This document shows positions 56,801 to 64,000 of a DNA stretch of 64,000 nucleotides, one piece after another. Positions within the stretch are counted from its first letter, which is position 1. Each line of letters begins with the position of its first letter. The notes under the pieces were generated by a model, which saw only the letters and a list, made by a program, of their open reading frames with translations, did no database searches and was not told the origin of the DNA. The stretch spans positions 880-64,879 of the forward strand of contig CAYMBZ010000003.1 in the NCBI GenBank assembly GCA_964388835.1. The letters run 5' to 3'. The DNA comes from an uncultured Lachnospiraceae bacterium. GTDB lineage: Bacteria > Bacillota > Clostridia > UBA1381. Position numbers and translations under genes: made by a program.

Positions 56801-57189
56801 GCAGTTCGGGTCTTGTGATAAATTCAATCGACCTTTATGAAAATGTTGCGCCTACAGCACTGGATATGACAAAGGGAATTACCGCTAATGCGGATGTTCT
56901 TGTAAAGAATATTGCAAGGATTACGGGAAAACCGGTATTCATCATCAAGGGTTACAACACAGGTGAGGCAACAACAGCATTGGTAGCCGATGCAAATTAC
57001 AACGTTGTAAACAGCGGCAGTGAAGTTAAGGCTATAAAAAAAGAGGACAAGACGGTAGCCGCAGGCTCTGCATTTGAATGGAGACTGGATGCATCAGACG
57101 TTATTAACGCCGACGGAAACCAGATTAAGGCTTTCGTTTGGGATGCGGCTCAAAAAGCTTTGATTGAAAATTACATGAGCACTAAATAA
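53836..57189 (+). CDS. secreted non-catalytic protein with three ConA/LamG-like modules, Ig-like domains and a C-terminal KAFVW module (about 1117 aa)
   Basis: TTG at 53836 follows AAAGGAGCGAG and gives the signal peptide (M)KKQNFKKLLCALLSASLMASGMTAFA. The track's 53722 start adds 38 aa without an RBS. Core strands are AWHRYDLIIDMEHGTYTPYIDG, TWAHFKLNINPQAGKVDVYKDG and VWYHYKYIINP. Confidence 0.6.
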   Translation: MKKQNFKKLLCALLSASLMASGMTAFASNGSSRYTLSAFQTFGDYVKEDDSAVYPDGWAKWVQGSGAVNLRGKTEITTGSNAMYVLTNAIPRFNFDTLVQEGIAHIGFDMKLEEGAGVRIMGSTDFTGSKNPNSVYHDSHELVVQNYYLDLNYAIGGKVTLFTGDAGIQVWSTETVDESDTAWHRYDLIIDMEHGTYTPYIDGAKIVKSQTVAGEDDEGNSIYEYTYYENLKSNYNLKNIYFQTTGGNIWLDNFTAENYATPAEGVLAAPQVKADFNNGKVDIAYSEAVNLSSVAASSVSATNVETGNTVSATAFTKTATGAVIDFGDLPNGTYYVNLPRVSGKISGKTAVGNPAFSVVKTINANEKELVLIDEDFADYTGEGAPTGWATLTTGTYDKATLTQGTKGNGEKTFVMSGNGAGSYYYNFDGGYALHGENFTVEFDVNSANAGWGIGIMRDSDMNTYKYSTMDRYNGTFGNTDYSVIAGRYQKVNNMFAGVYEYLNSEDTSEENSVKGTFVTQNNVYNLWTLAKTSNSANKATEYDYGTWAHFKLNINPQAGKVDVYKDGEFVVQNTYPVNMFAGVKQTDDENKNPTYSDGIAGIRLHKEAGCSSVAFANIKVSKDNSYLTYQDFEGRVTANENSVGWIAGAYIGWYQDGVKKGGVYEGQDQTKTQFKTTAGKNSNTALEIYSMKGAERWEAVKTILNKPVTKGKGFVIEFDAKKSTGNGWFMGAATTAGATVGTVTGTLLQIKNDGKVQFGTGYDSNYTQPGYGDDYGTEKNPVTIGDGVWYHYKYIINPNTADDGNKTTRYLQITDESGNTQELYANVRNDNVANRLRNENTVAIEFMANWTPAGVPFAIDNLKVWEIEPDDATGKEPTNKSVYMQYAKAVSYDGSEEFFETDLDKLKDTKELVFKFSDKLTEDAKSKISVKVNEAEIGTKTIDGDKLIVSLAGVVIPENKSVKIKVESGIACEGGVTEDSHSYDISSHSSSGLVINSIDLYENVAPTALDMTKGITANADVLVKNIARITGKPVFIIKGYNTGEATTALVADANYNVVNSGSEVKAIKKEDKTVAAGSAFEWRLDASDVINADGNQIKAFVWDAAQKALIENYMSTK

Positions 57190-57203
57190 AGAAGCTTTTC
57201 ACG

Positions 57204-57242
57204 TATCGGGCGGCGAAATAAACGCCGCCCGATAAGTGTTTT
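57204..57242 (+). terminator. GC-rich hairpin (terminator or attenuator) before the cytoplasmic enzyme genes of locus 2
   Basis: Perfect 12-bp stem TATCGGGCGGCG (57204-57215) with CGCCGCCCGATA (57223-57234), followed by AGTGTTTT. Confidence 0.5.
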
Positions 57243-57252
57243 GGAGGAAGTT

Positions 57253-59262
57253 ATGAAAAATATAAATTCAACAGCAAAAATTTATGTTGATTGTGTAAAC
57301 GGAAACGAATGGTATTCCGGAATTTCAACGGATATTCACAGCGATTCCGGTCCGGTTAAGACCATTGAAACCGCCCTCGCGCGTGTGCGTGAGCTGAGAG
57401 TGGGAAGATGTGACCATCCTGTTACTATTTCAATTATGGGCGGCGAATATTTTTTGGATAAGGAAATAAATATCGGACGCATGATGAGCGATATTACAAT
57501 CGAGGGTCATGGCGACAAAAAAGCCGTTATCCGCGGTGCAAAAAAAATCGAGGGCTTTTATGAAGCTGAGATGTGCGGCGTAAAATGCCTTGCGGCAAAA
57601 ATTCCGGAGGGAGTTATTCCGTCCGACCTTTTTGTAAACGGCAAGCGTGCGGTTCTGCCGCGTTTCCCGGAAGAGGGATTTTTGTACCCGATAGAGTCCG
57701 AGTCAAAAACCAAGGCATTGCATGACCGCGCAGAGTGGTTTATTGCGGAAAAGGGCGTTTTTGATAACCTTTCGCATCCCGAGGAGGTTTCGGTAAATTT
57801 CAACCACTACTGGGTGGACGAGCATGCCGGCATTGAATCCTACGACAGTGAAACCGGCAAGGTTACCATGACAAAAACCACGGCGTTTACAATTTATTCA
57901 AGTATTAAGGGTTCGGAAAATATCGGCAACAGCAATGCTGAGTACAGCACAATGGAATATTACCTTGAAAATGTGCGAGAAATGTTCAAAAAAACCAATC
58001 AGTATTTTATCGATATCGAGACAAACACGCTGTATTATATTCCGGAAAATGACGGCGAGTTTGAAGCATACATGCCGACGGTTAAAGCAATGTTCAATGT
58101 TGAGGCGGATAATGTTTGCTTCAGAAATCTTACATTTGAATACTCTTCAAGTGAGTATGAAAGCAGTATGGTTGACGAGCGCACCGGCAAGGGACTTGCA
58201 TGCGATAGTCAAGCGGTCTGCGGCGCAAATGCGCTTATTAACTTCAAAAACAGCGCAAATTGCCGCGTTGAGGATTGTGAGCTTTTGCACTATGGTCTCT
58301 ATGGCGTGCAAATCGGCTTGGGAAGCCACCGCGTACGTGTTTGCGGCAATGTTTTTGACGATTGCGGCGCCGGCGGTGTAAAAATAGAGGGCGGCAACAA
58401 CCCGGATTTCGACGGAGATGAAACCTACGGAAATACGGTAAACGATAACAAAATCACAAACTGCGGCATAAAATTCGAAGCCGGTTGCGGTGTGTTGATT
58501 ATGCACAGCTATGAAAACGTTATATCTCATAATGAGATTGCTTATACGTATTATACGGGAATTTCCTGCGGCTGGGTTTGGGGCTATGTATTCAGCAAGT
58601 CGCATGACAATATTATTGAGAAAAATCATATCCACCATATCGGTCAGGGACATTTGTCGGATATGGGCGGTATTTATATACTGGGTGCACAGAAAGGCAC
58701 TGTTTTGCGCGGTAATCTTATTCATGATACACGTTGCAGATACTACGGCGGTCAGGCGATTTATTTGGACGAGGGCGCATCCTATGTTACTGTGGAAAAC
58801 AACATCTGCTATAACGTTGATGCGGGTTCACTTCAACAGCATTTCGGATTCATGAATATTGTAAAAAACAATATTTTTGATGCCGGAGAGCATGGCTGTA
58901 CGCTTCACTGGTTGCAGGAAATGCATACCGGATTCGTGTCGGAGCGCAATATTCTCTTTACAAGAAACAGTTTGCCGGTTTACGGCTCATCGGGCGAGGA
59001 TGTTCTGGCGGATTGCTTCTGCTCGGATTATAATTTGATTTACGCATTCGATGACGAGGAACCGATTTTCTACAGACAGTACGGATTAGAAAAGCACAAG
59101 GCGGATGCCGAGGCGGAACATGAGCTGGATAAGCACAGCATTATCGCTGACCCGCTGTTTGTGGATGCGGAAAATCATGATTACAGACTTAAGGAAAATT
59201 CACCGGCATATGAAATCGGTTTTGTGGATATCGACATGAGCGATGTCGGCGTAAGAAAATAA
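57253..59262 (+). CDS. cytoplasmic right-handed parallel beta-helix protein (polysaccharide lyase or hydrolase fold), 669 aa
   Basis: ATG at 57253 follows GGAGGA. No signal peptide. Periodic beta-helix turns are visible (CGAGGVKIEGGN, NKITNCGIKFEAGCGVLIMHSYENVISHNEI, NLIHDTRCRYYGGQAIYLDEGASYVTVENNICYN). Confidence 0.6.
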   Translation: MKNINSTAKIYVDCVNGNEWYSGISTDIHSDSGPVKTIETALARVRELRVGRCDHPVTISIMGGEYFLDKEINIGRMMSDITIEGHGDKKAVIRGAKKIEGFYEAEMCGVKCLAAKIPEGVIPSDLFVNGKRAVLPRFPEEGFLYPIESESKTKALHDRAEWFIAEKGVFDNLSHPEEVSVNFNHYWVDEHAGIESYDSETGKVTMTKTTAFTIYSSIKGSENIGNSNAEYSTMEYYLENVREMFKKTNQYFIDIETNTLYYIPENDGEFEAYMPTVKAMFNVEADNVCFRNLTFEYSSSEYESSMVDERTGKGLACDSQAVCGANALINFKNSANCRVEDCELLHYGLYGVQIGLGSHRVRVCGNVFDDCGAGGVKIEGGNNPDFDGDETYGNTVNDNKITNCGIKFEAGCGVLIMHSYENVISHNEIAYTYYTGISCGWVWGYVFSKSHDNIIEKNHIHHIGQGHLSDMGGIYILGAQKGTVLRGNLIHDTRCRYYGGQAIYLDEGASYVTVENNICYNVDAGSLQQHFGFMNIVKNNIFDAGEHGCTLHWLQEMHTGFVSERNILFTRNSLPVYGSSGEDVLADCFCSDYNLIYAFDDEEPIFYRQYGLEKHKADAEAEHELDKHSIIADPLFVDAENHDYRLKENSPAYEIGFVDIDMSDVGVRK

Positions 59263-59278
59263 AACGGAGGAAAAGAAA

Positions 59279-59872
59279 ATGGCAGTTTTGGAAAAGTACG
59301 AATGGACGGATATCTGGTGGGATGAACCGACTGAGGATGGCAAGCGTGTACTTATGCTCGGCGATTCCATTACAAGAGGCATGAAAGAGTTCGTTAAGGA
59401 AAATGTCGGCGATGTTTTCATCGATATGCTGGCAACTTCAAGAAGCGTGGACAATCCGAATTTTATGCGTGAGCTGAAATACATGGTTGAGCAGAGCAAG
59501 TATGATTTGATTTGTGTAAGCCATGGATTGCACGGCTTCCACCTGGAAATCGACGGTTATGAAAAGGGTATGACGGAGTGTTTTGAGTATTTGAAAAATC
59601 AAAATACAAAGATTGCCGTTGAAACCTTGACACCGGTTACAATGCCGGGCGGCGGATATAACGACCACACCGAAAGGGGACCGATTGTTCACGAAAGAAA
59701 CGAAGTGCTTAAAAAATTGGCGGAAAAGTTTGAATTCCCGATTATAGATTCTTACGGACTTGTAGAGGGCAAGGCAGAAATTCGTCATATCGACGGTGTT
59801 CACTACAATCAGGACGGATATAAGTTTTTGGGCGACTTCCTGGCTAAAAATATTCTGGAAAAGCTGGGCTGA
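59279..59872 (+). CDS. SGNH/GDSL-family hydrolase (probable carbohydrate esterase), cytoplasmic
   Basis: Block I reads VLMLGDSITRG and block V reads DGVHYN (DxxH). 197 aa, no signal peptide. Confidence 0.7.
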   Translation: MAVLEKYEWTDIWWDEPTEDGKRVLMLGDSITRGMKEFVKENVGDVFIDMLATSRSVDNPNFMRELKYMVEQSKYDLICVSHGLHGFHLEIDGYEKGMTECFEYLKNQNTKIAVETLTPVTMPGGGYNDHTERGPIVHERNEVLKKLAEKFEFPIIDSYGLVEGKAEIRHIDGVHYNQDGYKFLGDFLAKNILEKLG

Positions 59873-59884
59873 GATTAATTACTT

Positions 59885-59921
59885 GTGGAGTTTGTGAATT
59901 TTCGCAAACTTCACTTTTTTT
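59885..59921 (+). terminator. rho-independent terminator ending the locus 2 operon
   Basis: 12-bp stem GTGGAGTTTGTG with CGCAAACTTCAC (two G-U pairs), followed by T7. Confidence 0.7.
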
Positions 59922-59929
59922 GTTTCGCG

Positions 59930-60140
59930 GCGTTTTCTGCGTTCTTTGGGGAAGCCTTGCGGGGGCGAATTGTCGGAAAGTCCGAAAATGTGCTGTCCAA
60001 GCCCTCCTTACCTAAATGGGGTGGCAAACCGTAAGGCTTGACAGGAGGGTACAAGGGAGCTTTTTTCACACCTCTTTCGCCCGAAGCACACAAAGGCGTC
60101 ACCCTCGGGTAGAGGCTCTGCCGCAGACGTCATTATTAAA
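59930..60140. other. orphan GC-rich segment between two terminators; candidate structured RNA or decayed remnant
   Basis: Visibly GC-rich compared with the surrounding AT-rich intergenic DNA. Several mutually exclusive stems are possible (CAAGCC/GGCTTG versus CCCTCC/GGAGGG; TCGGA-AAG-TCCGA; CCCGA/TCGGG). Only short ORFs without RBSs overlap it. Confidence 0.2.
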
Positions 60141-60145
60141 TCCAC

Positions 60146-60180
60146 AAAAAAACGGCGGTCAAGATGACTGCCGTTTTTTT
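60146..60180. terminator. bidirectional rho-independent terminator
   Basis: An A7 run, the stem ACGGCGGTC with GACTGCCGT, then T7. The stop codon of the acetyltransferase gene lies inside the hairpin. Confidence 0.7.
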
Positions 60181-60833
60181 CGTGCCGAAACCGGTGTTTC
60201 ATTTTTCATATAGGTTTCCCATACATTAAGCCGGTCATCCTCATCTATGGTGCGGATAACCTTTGCCGGGACACCTGCGACGATACTGTTGGGCGGAACA
60301 TCGTGCAGTACAACCGCACCGGCGGCAACAATGCTGTTTTCGCCGATAGTAACGCCCCCGGTAATCGTTGCGCTTGAACATATCCAGCAACCGTCCTTTA
60401 CGGTAATCGGCGCGCCGTATTCGAAATCGTGTCTGCCGTCGGGGTAGTCTGCGTTTAGTCGCTCTTCGGCGATAAATGGATGAAGCGGTGTGGCAAGCGT
60501 GACATTTGCGCCAATCCACACGCTGTCCCCAAGCGTAATAGGTGCTATGTCAAGGAAAGTGGTATTGTAGTTTATAAAACATTCTTTTCCGACATGGATA
60601 TTCACGCCGTATTCGCAGTAAAATGGTGCATACACCATAAAATTCTTACCTACGGCAGAGGGAATTAATTTTTCCAGGGCTTTCTGCTTTTTCTTTATCC
60701 GTCGAACGGGAATTCGGTTGAATTTATCACATCGCGAAAGACCTTTTTCGTGATGTTTTGCGATATCACAGCTCGCCGGGTTGTACAGCTTGCCGCTTAT
60801 CATACGTTCCCAATCATTAAATTTGTTATTCAT
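60159..60833 (-). CDS. maltose/galactoside O-acetyltransferase-family hexapeptide-repeat acetyltransferase (224 aa)
   Basis: N-terminal Mac-type region (ERMISGKLYNP...CDKFN) and left-handed beta-helix hexapeptide repeats (VWIGANVTL, GCWICSSATITGGVTIGENSIVAAGAVV). Confidence 0.8.
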   Translation of the reverse strand: MNNKFNDWERMISGKLYNPASCDIAKHHEKGLSRCDKFNRIPVRRIKKKQKALEKLIPSAVGKNFMVYAPFYCEYGVNIHVGKECFINYNTTFLDIAPITLGDSVWIGANVTLATPLHPFIAEERLNADYPDGRHDFEYGAPITVKDGCWICSSATITGGVTIGENSIVAAGAVVLHDVPPNSIVAGVPAKVIRTIDEDDRLNVWETYMKNETPVSARKKRQSS

Positions 60834-60849
60834 ATTAAACCTCTCTGTT

Positions 60850-62286
60850 TTATTTTCTCCAAGCTGTCGGCGTGAACAGAAGCAACAGCGGGAAAATTTC
60901 CAATCTGCCGATGAGCATATCGGCGGTAAGTACCAGTTTGGAAAGATTCGAGTACGCGCAGAAGCTCCGGGTAGGTCCGACCCCGCCGAGGCCGGGTCCG
61001 ATATTGTTCAGAGTTGCCGCAACAGCCGTAAAGTTTGTTAAAAAGTCAAAATTATCTATGCTTATTATCAAAATCGACAAGGTAAAGATAAGGATATACG
61101 CCGCCATGAACACGTTTATGGCGCGCAGAACCTCATGCTCTACGGGTCTGCCGTTCATTGTGATTTTTCGCACGCTGTTCGGATGAACCGCGGCGATAAG
61201 TTCTTTAAATATGCTTTTGATATATATAATAACTCGCGAAACCTTTATGCCGCCGCCGGTGCTTCCCGCACATGCTCCGATAAACATGAGCATGATGAGA
61301 ATGGTTTTGGACAGCTCGGGCCATTTGTCGAAATCCGTCGTGGAATAGCCGGTAGTGGTTATTATCGAGCCGACCTGAAATGCCGCATGGCGCACTGTGT
61401 CCGCAAGGGTTTCAAACATGCCGCGGCAGTTTACGGTTATTATGATTATCGAGCCGAGAATGATACCCAAATATCCCTTAAGTTCATCGGAATGAAGCAC
61501 ATCCCGAACCTTGCGCATTAACAGCAGATAATAGAGGGAGAAGTCGATTCCGAACGATATCATAAATATTGTTATAATGTTCTGCACATAGGGAGAATAA
61601 TCGGCGGCACTGCTGTTTGCAATGCCGAATCCGCCCGTTCCGGCTGTGCCGAAAGAAAGGGTGAGTGCATCAAAGAGCGGTAGCCCGCCGAAATAAAGCA
61701 ATGCGATCTCAAACAGTGTCATTACAAGATACATTTCGTAAAGTATCTTTGCTGTTGTGCGCACTTTGGGAACAAGCTTGCTGACCGACGGGCCGGGGCT
61801 TTCCGCCTTTATGAGATAAAGGTTGTTTCCGCCGGAAAGGGGCAGAATTGCCACCAAAAATACCAAAACGCCCATTCCACCTATCCAGTGGGTAAAGCTT
61901 CGCCAGAAAATGAGGCTTTTCGGTAATGCTTCAACATCGGTCAGGATTGAAGCGCCGGTTGTGGTGAAGCCGGATACGGTTTCAAACAGCGCGTCAATGA
62001 AGTTAGGAATAAACCCCGAGATGTAGAAGGGGAGCGCACCGAAAATACTCAAAATAATCCAGGAAAGCGCAACCGCTATAAATCCCTCTCGCGCGTACAT
62101 ATTTTTCTTTTTCGGTGAGCGGACAGTAAGGGTAAGTCCGAACGCGAGGCACATCAATATGCACAGCGCAAACAGCAGAACATACGGCTCACCGTAGATG
62201 ACGGCGCATATGAGCGGCAGAATCATTGCTGCGGCTTCTATATTCAGTACCCAGCCTAAGGTATGCATAATAATTCTATAATTCAT
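60850..62286 (-). CDS. trkH: TrkH-family potassium uptake membrane subunit
   Basis: Four pore-loop signatures are present (SGFTTTGASI, GTAGTGGFG, SIITTTGYST, CAGSTGGGIK) in a multi-pass membrane protein of 478 aa. Confidence 0.85.
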   Translation of the reverse strand: MNYRIIMHTLGWVLNIEAAAMILPLICAVIYGEPYVLLFALCILMCLAFGLTLTVRSPKKKNMYAREGFIAVALSWIILSIFGALPFYISGFIPNFIDALFETVSGFTTTGASILTDVEALPKSLIFWRSFTHWIGGMGVLVFLVAILPLSGGNNLYLIKAESPGPSVSKLVPKVRTTAKILYEMYLVMTLFEIALLYFGGLPLFDALTLSFGTAGTGGFGIANSSAADYSPYVQNIITIFMISFGIDFSLYYLLLMRKVRDVLHSDELKGYLGIILGSIIIITVNCRGMFETLADTVRHAAFQVGSIITTTGYSTTDFDKWPELSKTILIMLMFIGACAGSTGGGIKVSRVIIYIKSIFKELIAAVHPNSVRKITMNGRPVEHEVLRAINVFMAAYILIFTLSILIISIDNFDFLTNFTAVAATLNNIGPGLGGVGPTRSFCAYSNLSKLVLTADMLIGRLEIFPLLLLFTPTAWRK

Positions 62287-62298
62287 TTTTTTGCCCTC

Positions 62299-63657
62299 TT
62301 ATTTCAGAATATCCTTTATATCGGTAAATCCGCGGTGGGTTGTGACAACTATAACGGTATCGCCCGCAGAAATTGTGTCCTTGCCCTTGGGGATAATAAC
62401 CTTGCCGTTATGATTGATACACACTATAAGCAGGTTGTCCTTAAGGTTGAGCTTTTCAATCGGTATTCCGGCAATGGGAGAATTATCGCGAATCCTAAAT
62501 TCAAGAGCTTCGGCTTTTCCGTCTAGGATAATATGCATTGTTTCTATATTACTGCCGATAGAATTGTTTTTTGCGCGGACAAATTTAACGATATAGTCGG
62601 CAGTGATGTTTTTCGGGTAAACGGTTGTGCCGAGATTCAAGCTCGGAATAACCCCGTCGTAGGAAATGCGGTTGACCTTTGTGATAAGCTTGCCGTTGGT
62701 TTTGCTTTTTGCATAAAGAGAAAGCAAAACGTTTTCTTCATCGATATTGGTGAGTGCCACAAAGGATTCGGCATATTCAATACCCTCTTCCATGAGAATA
62801 CGGTTTTCGGTGCCGTCGGCGTTTATTATTGTAGCTTTTGGCAAAAGACGGCAGAGCTCTTCACAGCGTTCGGGATTTTCTTCGATAATTTTTACGTTAA
62901 TTCCGGTAGCCAAAAGCTGTTTCGCCAGATAATACGCTATCTCACCGCCGCCGACTATCATGGTATCCTTTACGCGGTTTGTTTTGATGCCGATTTTTTT
63001 CGAAAAATCCGCGCCGTTTTTGGCGGAGGCGACAATGCTGACGTAATCGCCGCTTTTTAAAATGAAGTCACCGCCTGGGATAAATGCCACATTCTCGCGG
63101 ACAACACCGCACACCAAAATATCGGAATCAATTTTTTGGCTCATGCGTGACACGCTGAGATTGTCGAGAACCGAGTTTTCAGGGAGACGGAATTTGATGA
63201 TTTCTACTCTGCCTTTGGCAAAGGTGTCAATCTGTATCGCGGACGGAAAACGCAGAATACGCGCTATTTCGGTAGCCGCGGTGAGTTCGGGATTTATAAT
63301 CATCGCAAGACCCAAATCTTCCTTGAAAAGGTGAAGCGCTTTGCTGTATTCGGGCTTGCGCACGCGTGCGATTGTCTGGCAGCCCCCCGCTTTTTTCGCC
63401 ATAAGGCAGGTGAGCAGATTGAGCTCATCGGAGCCGGTTACCGCGATTAAAATATCGGCATCCTCAATTCCGGCATCGGTAAGAGTATCAAGCTCACAGC
63501 AACTGCCGGCAATTCCCATTACGTCATATTGGTTGATAAGACCTTCAACCACCTTGCGGCGAAGGTCGACAACGGTTATGTCATGTTCATTTTCCTGGCT
63601 GAGCTTTTCGGTAAGCTTTTGACCTACTTTGCCGCAACCGACAATGATAATTTTCAT
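62299..63657 (-). CDS. trkA: Trk system NAD-binding regulatory subunit TrkA (double RCK)
   Basis: Two Rossmann GxGxxG motifs (MKIIIVGCGKVGQKL and MIVGGGEIAYYLAKQL) in 452 aa. The gene is adjacent to trkH. Confidence 0.85.
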   Translation of the reverse strand: MKIIIVGCGKVGQKLTEKLSQENEHDITVVDLRRKVVEGLINQYDVMGIAGSCCELDTLTDAGIEDADILIAVTGSDELNLLTCLMAKKAGGCQTIARVRKPEYSKALHLFKEDLGLAMIINPELTAATEIARILRFPSAIQIDTFAKGRVEIIKFRLPENSVLDNLSVSRMSQKIDSDILVCGVVRENVAFIPGGDFILKSGDYVSIVASAKNGADFSKKIGIKTNRVKDTMIVGGGEIAYYLAKQLLATGINVKIIEENPERCEELCRLLPKATIINADGTENRILMEEGIEYAESFVALTNIDEENVLLSLYAKSKTNGKLITKVNRISYDGVIPSLNLGTTVYPKNITADYIVKFVRAKNNSIGSNIETMHIILDGKAEALEFRIRDNSPIAGIPIEKLNLKDNLLIVCINHNGKVIIPKGKDTISAGDTVIVVTTHRGFTDIKDILK

Positions 63658-63799
63658 CTATGGTCATACTCCCTCTTAATATAATATTCACCATATTATA
63701 GCAAACTGCAAAATAAAAATCAATAGCTTTTTGAATAATATTTTGCATTTAAGAATAATTAATTTTGTACAAAATTAACGGAAATGAAAAAACGTTTAT

Positions 63800-64000
63800 T
63801 TAAAGTATAAACCTCACAATTTGCGTAAAGATAAAGCATGTGATAAATCCCGCACAGGTGGGGAGCGCCGCGGCAGCGAGAGTCCATTTTAAGCTTCCCG
63901 TTTCTTTTTTTACGGTAAGAAGTGTTGTTGAACAGGGCCAATGCATAAGGGAAAACAGCATAACGTTGATTGCGGTAATTTGTGTCCAGCCGTTTGCGAT
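63800..64000 (-). CDS. feoB: C-terminal 66 codons of ferrous iron transporter FeoB (gene continues beyond the window)
   Basis: The reverse frame reads [66 protein letters not shown] with the stop at 63802-63800. The L[FY]xPC...KKETGS.KWT pattern is the FeoB C-terminal gate region. The track ORF 63759-63941 is in the wrong frame. Confidence 0.65.
   Translation of the reverse strand: MANGWTQITAINVMLFSLMHWPCSTTLLTVKKETGSLKWTLAAAALPTCAGFITCFIFTQIVRFIL

Noticed and set aside
60159-60260. The C-terminal extension of about 35 aa on the acetyltransferase, which reads into the terminator hairpin.
   Set aside because: The ORF is intact and the extension may simply be lineage-specific. Without alignments there is no evidence of a frameshift or fusion.
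63759-63941. Track ORF 63759-63941(-), 60 aa.
   Set aside because: It is in the wrong frame. The adjacent frame gives an uninterrupted FeoB C-terminal sequence running to the window edge with its stop at 63800-63802.
1-64000. Search by eye for CRISPR arrays, tRNA or rRNA genes, IS elements, integrases and prophage genes.
   Set aside because: No regularly spaced short repeats, no cloverleaf-like or rRNA-like segments, and no DDE, tyrosine or serine recombinase motifs were seen in any long ORF. These features are absent as far as manual inspection allows.

Overview
This is a low-GC Gram-positive (Bacillota/Clostridia-like) chromosomal segment, judged from GGAGG-type RBSs, lipoprotein lipoboxes, SLH cell-wall anchors and glycyl-radical enzymes. 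Four blocks are visible.

(1) 1-5417: a minus-strand operon of two tandem glycyl-radical enzyme (GRE) paralogs plus the first codons of their radical-SAM activase. A small AraC regulator is transcribed divergently from it.

(2) 5425-6700 and 32000-32750: decayed junk zones. They hold a Flg_new-repeat fragment, a truncated Fic fragment, a barstar-like gene with an in-frame amber codon, and a pair of 75-nt gene-tail relics.

(3) Two large paralogous but permuted glycan-utilisation loci (6706-31994 and 35375-59872).
- Each has a divergent transmembrane AraC-type one-component regulator.
- Each has a lipoprotein solute-binding protein and two ABC permeases, with no ATPase gene.
- Each then encodes 7-8 secreted giant proteins: clan GH-A-like TIM-barrel hydrolases (two with CBM9-like tails), multi-module ConA/LamG-like lectin proteins, and SLH-anchored proteins.
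- Signal-peptide-less finishing enzymes are also present: GH78-like, a GH106-like jelly-roll hydrolase between the loci, a beta-helix protein and an SGNH esterase.
- One hydrolase gene in locus 1 is broken by a perfect 197-bp tandem duplication.

(4) 60159-64000: housekeeping genes on the minus strand (hexapeptide acetyltransferase, trkH, trkA, feoB tail).

I recognised no rRNA, tRNA, CRISPR array, transposase or integrase. Functional calls rest on motif recognition by eye, and no database search was possible.
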